A DNA stretch of 44,082 nucleotides from Pseudomonadota bacterium (GTDB lineage Bacteria > Myxococcota > Myxococcia > Myxococcales > JAKAPL01). Made by a program: the position numbers and the translations under genes. The notes below the pieces were generated by a model, which searched no databases, had not been told where the DNA came from, and was given only the letters and a program-made list of their open reading frames with translations. Below are positions 42,595 through 44,082 of this stretch, piece after piece. Position 1 is the stretch's first letter. Every line of letters begins with the position of its first letter. The stretch covers positions 1 to 44,082 of the forward strand of contig DAIDIT010000042.1 of assembly GCA_027451705.1 (NCBI GenBank), in the 5' to 3' direction.

Positions 42595-42700
42595 CGGTGC
42601 CGCTGCTTACCGAAAGTCGGCGGGGAATTCAACGTTGCTTGCAGGGTGGCCGGGCGGCTTCGCCTGTCCCGGGGCGGGGGCGCGTGGTAGGTACGGGGCG

Positions 42701-43312
42701 ATGGCGAAGCGGTTCATCGCGCTCGCGGGCAACATCGGGGCCGGGAAGACCGAGCTCTGCAACTTCCTCTGCCGCCGCTACGGCATCGAGCCGTTCTACG
42801 AGCCGAACGACGACAACCCCTACCTGGCCGACTTCTACGGCGACATGAAGGCCTACGCCTTCAAGTCGCAGATCTGGTTCCTCACCCACAAGTTCCGCCT
42901 CCACCGCGAGCTCGAGCGGGCGCCCGGCGCCGCGGTGCAGGACCGGACCATCTACGAGGACGCCGAGATCTTCGCCCAGAACCTCCACCGGCAGCGGCTC
43001 ATCGACGGCCGAGACTGGGCCGTCTACCAGGACCTCTACCGGGTGGTCGGCCAGTCGCTCCGTCCGCCGGACCTCATGATCTACCTCCGCGCGCCGGTCC
43101 GCACGCTGCGCCAGCGCATCCGACGCCGCAACCGGAGCTTCGAGCAGGCCGTGCCCGCGTCCTACCTCAAGCGGCTCAACGACCTCTACGAGGACTGGAT
43201 GGCGAGCTACGCGCTCTCGCCCGTCGTGGTCCTGGAGACCGACCGCCTCGACTACCTCACCGATCTCGTCGACCGGATCGACGTCTTCGAGAAGGTGGAG
43301 AAGTACCTGTGA
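42701..43312 (+). CDS. Deoxynucleoside kinase (dAK/dCK family)
   Basis: IALAGNIGAGKT P-loop, NPYLADFY, QDRTIYED, PDLMIYL and YLKRLNDLYE. Confidence 0.93.
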   Translation: MAKRFIALAGNIGAGKTELCNFLCRRYGIEPFYEPNDDNPYLADFYGDMKAYAFKSQIWFLTHKFRLHRELERAPGAAVQDRTIYEDAEIFAQNLHRQRLIDGRDWAVYQDLYRVVGQSLRPPDLMIYLRAPVRTLRQRIRRRNRSFEQAVPASYLKRLNDLYEDWMASYALSPVVVLETDRLDYLTDLVDRIDVFEKVEKYL

Positions 43313-44082
43313 GACCGGCGGCCTGGCTCGGCTGCACGGCCGCCCTCGCCCTCTCGGCCTGCTGCAGATCGCCCGCGGCGCCGCGCGGCGGCGACGCGGG
43401 GGCCGAGGACGTCGGCGCGCCGCTCGACGGAGGCCTTCCGGACGGCGGGTTTCGCGACGCGGGACTGCCGCCGCCCGACGGAGGCGCGCCCGCCCCGATC
43501 CCGTGCCAGGCGTCGTCCGACTGCACCTCGGACAGCTTCTGCCGCGACGGCGGCTGCTCCGGCTGGCCCGACGGCGGCTTCGACCCCGCCTGCACGCACC
43601 CCGCGCAGCCCGCGCACTTCGCCCCCTCCATCCGCTGCGCCTGGCCGCCCGCGCTGCCCGACGGCGGCTACGCCGTGGATCCGGACCCGACCTGGATGCA
43701 GGTCATCACGACGCCGCTGGCCGCGAGCTTCGGCGCGGCCGTCGCGGACGGCGGCCCGGTCCTCGTCTTCCCGACGCAGAACACGCTCGGCGGCGGCAGC
43801 GACGAGTGCGTCGGCTCCGCGACGGCCTACGGGCTCGTGCGGATCCTCGACCCGCGGCGCTGCGCGCTCGTCGCCACCCTCGACGGGGCGGACCAGCACG
43901 TCATCGGATCGTCCACCCCGGCGATCGGCGACCTCGACGGGGACGGCGTGCCCGAGATCGTCGCGGCGGCGGTCGGCGGCGGGCTCGTCGCGTTCCACTT
44001 CGACGCCGCGTCCGGCGCCTGGGAGACGCTCTGGCACTCGACCTTCCCCGACGGCGGCCCCGACCTCCTGAACGCGGGCAAC
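43309..44082 (+). CDS. FG-GAP/VCBS-repeat lipoprotein; 3' end lies outside the window
   Basis: Not in the ORF track. GTGA overlap with the kinase stop; LSAC lipobox, PDGG linkers, Cys-rich CQASSDC...FCRDGGC module and STPAIGDLDGDGVPEIVA repeat; frame open to the window end. Confidence 0.8.
   Translation, partial: MRPAAWLGCTAALALSACCRSPAAPRGGDAGAEDVGAPLDGGLPDGGFRDAGLPPPDGGAPAPIPCQASSDCTSDSFCRDGGCSGWPDGGFDPACTHPAQPAHFAPSIRCAWPPALPDGGYAVDPDPTWMQVITTPLAASFGAAVADGGPVLVFPTQNTLGGGSDECVGSATAYGLVRILDPRRCALVATLDGADQHVIGSSTPAIGDLDGDGVPEIVAAAVGGGLVAFHFDAASGAWETLWHSTFPDGGPDLLNAGN

Overview
GC-rich (roughly 70% or more, by eye) bacterial chromosomal window. Gene content suggests Myxococcota: a short Hsp70 paralog, a PrkA paralog and many DGG/DAG-linker lipoproteins (inference). 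Left part: purine/heterocycle catabolism genes (YgfK-like oxidoreductase cut by the window edge, a fused 2Fe-2S/molybdopterin hydroxylase, a three-subunit xanthine dehydrogenase and an amidohydrolase), interleaved with a DEAD-box helicase and plsB. These are followed by a PAS/GAF histidine kinase, two adjacent radical SAM genes, murJ, an orphan DNA methyltransferase, an O-methyltransferase and a Wzx-like flippase. Centre: tRNA-Cys(GCA); a small basic protein preceded by an ~84-bp-period array of palindromic hairpins; and an operon led by a CxxC/RxPP (CruR/CutF-like) leader ORF whose promoter spacer carries a G10 tract. That operon encodes two YtkA/FixH-like lipoproteins, a beta-barrel, a redoxin and a cytochrome c. 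Right part: Hsp70 paralog, PrkA, S1 protease, dCMP deaminase, receiver domain, TPR lipoproteins, plsC-like acyltransferase, deoxynucleoside kinase and an FG-GAP lipoprotein cut by the window edge. No integrase, transposase, cas gene or rRNA was seen. The best candidates for an undescribed system are the palindromic array plus basic protein (26314-27260) and the leader-peptide-controlled metal/redox operon (27524-31057). All family assignments are from motif recognition, not database searches.
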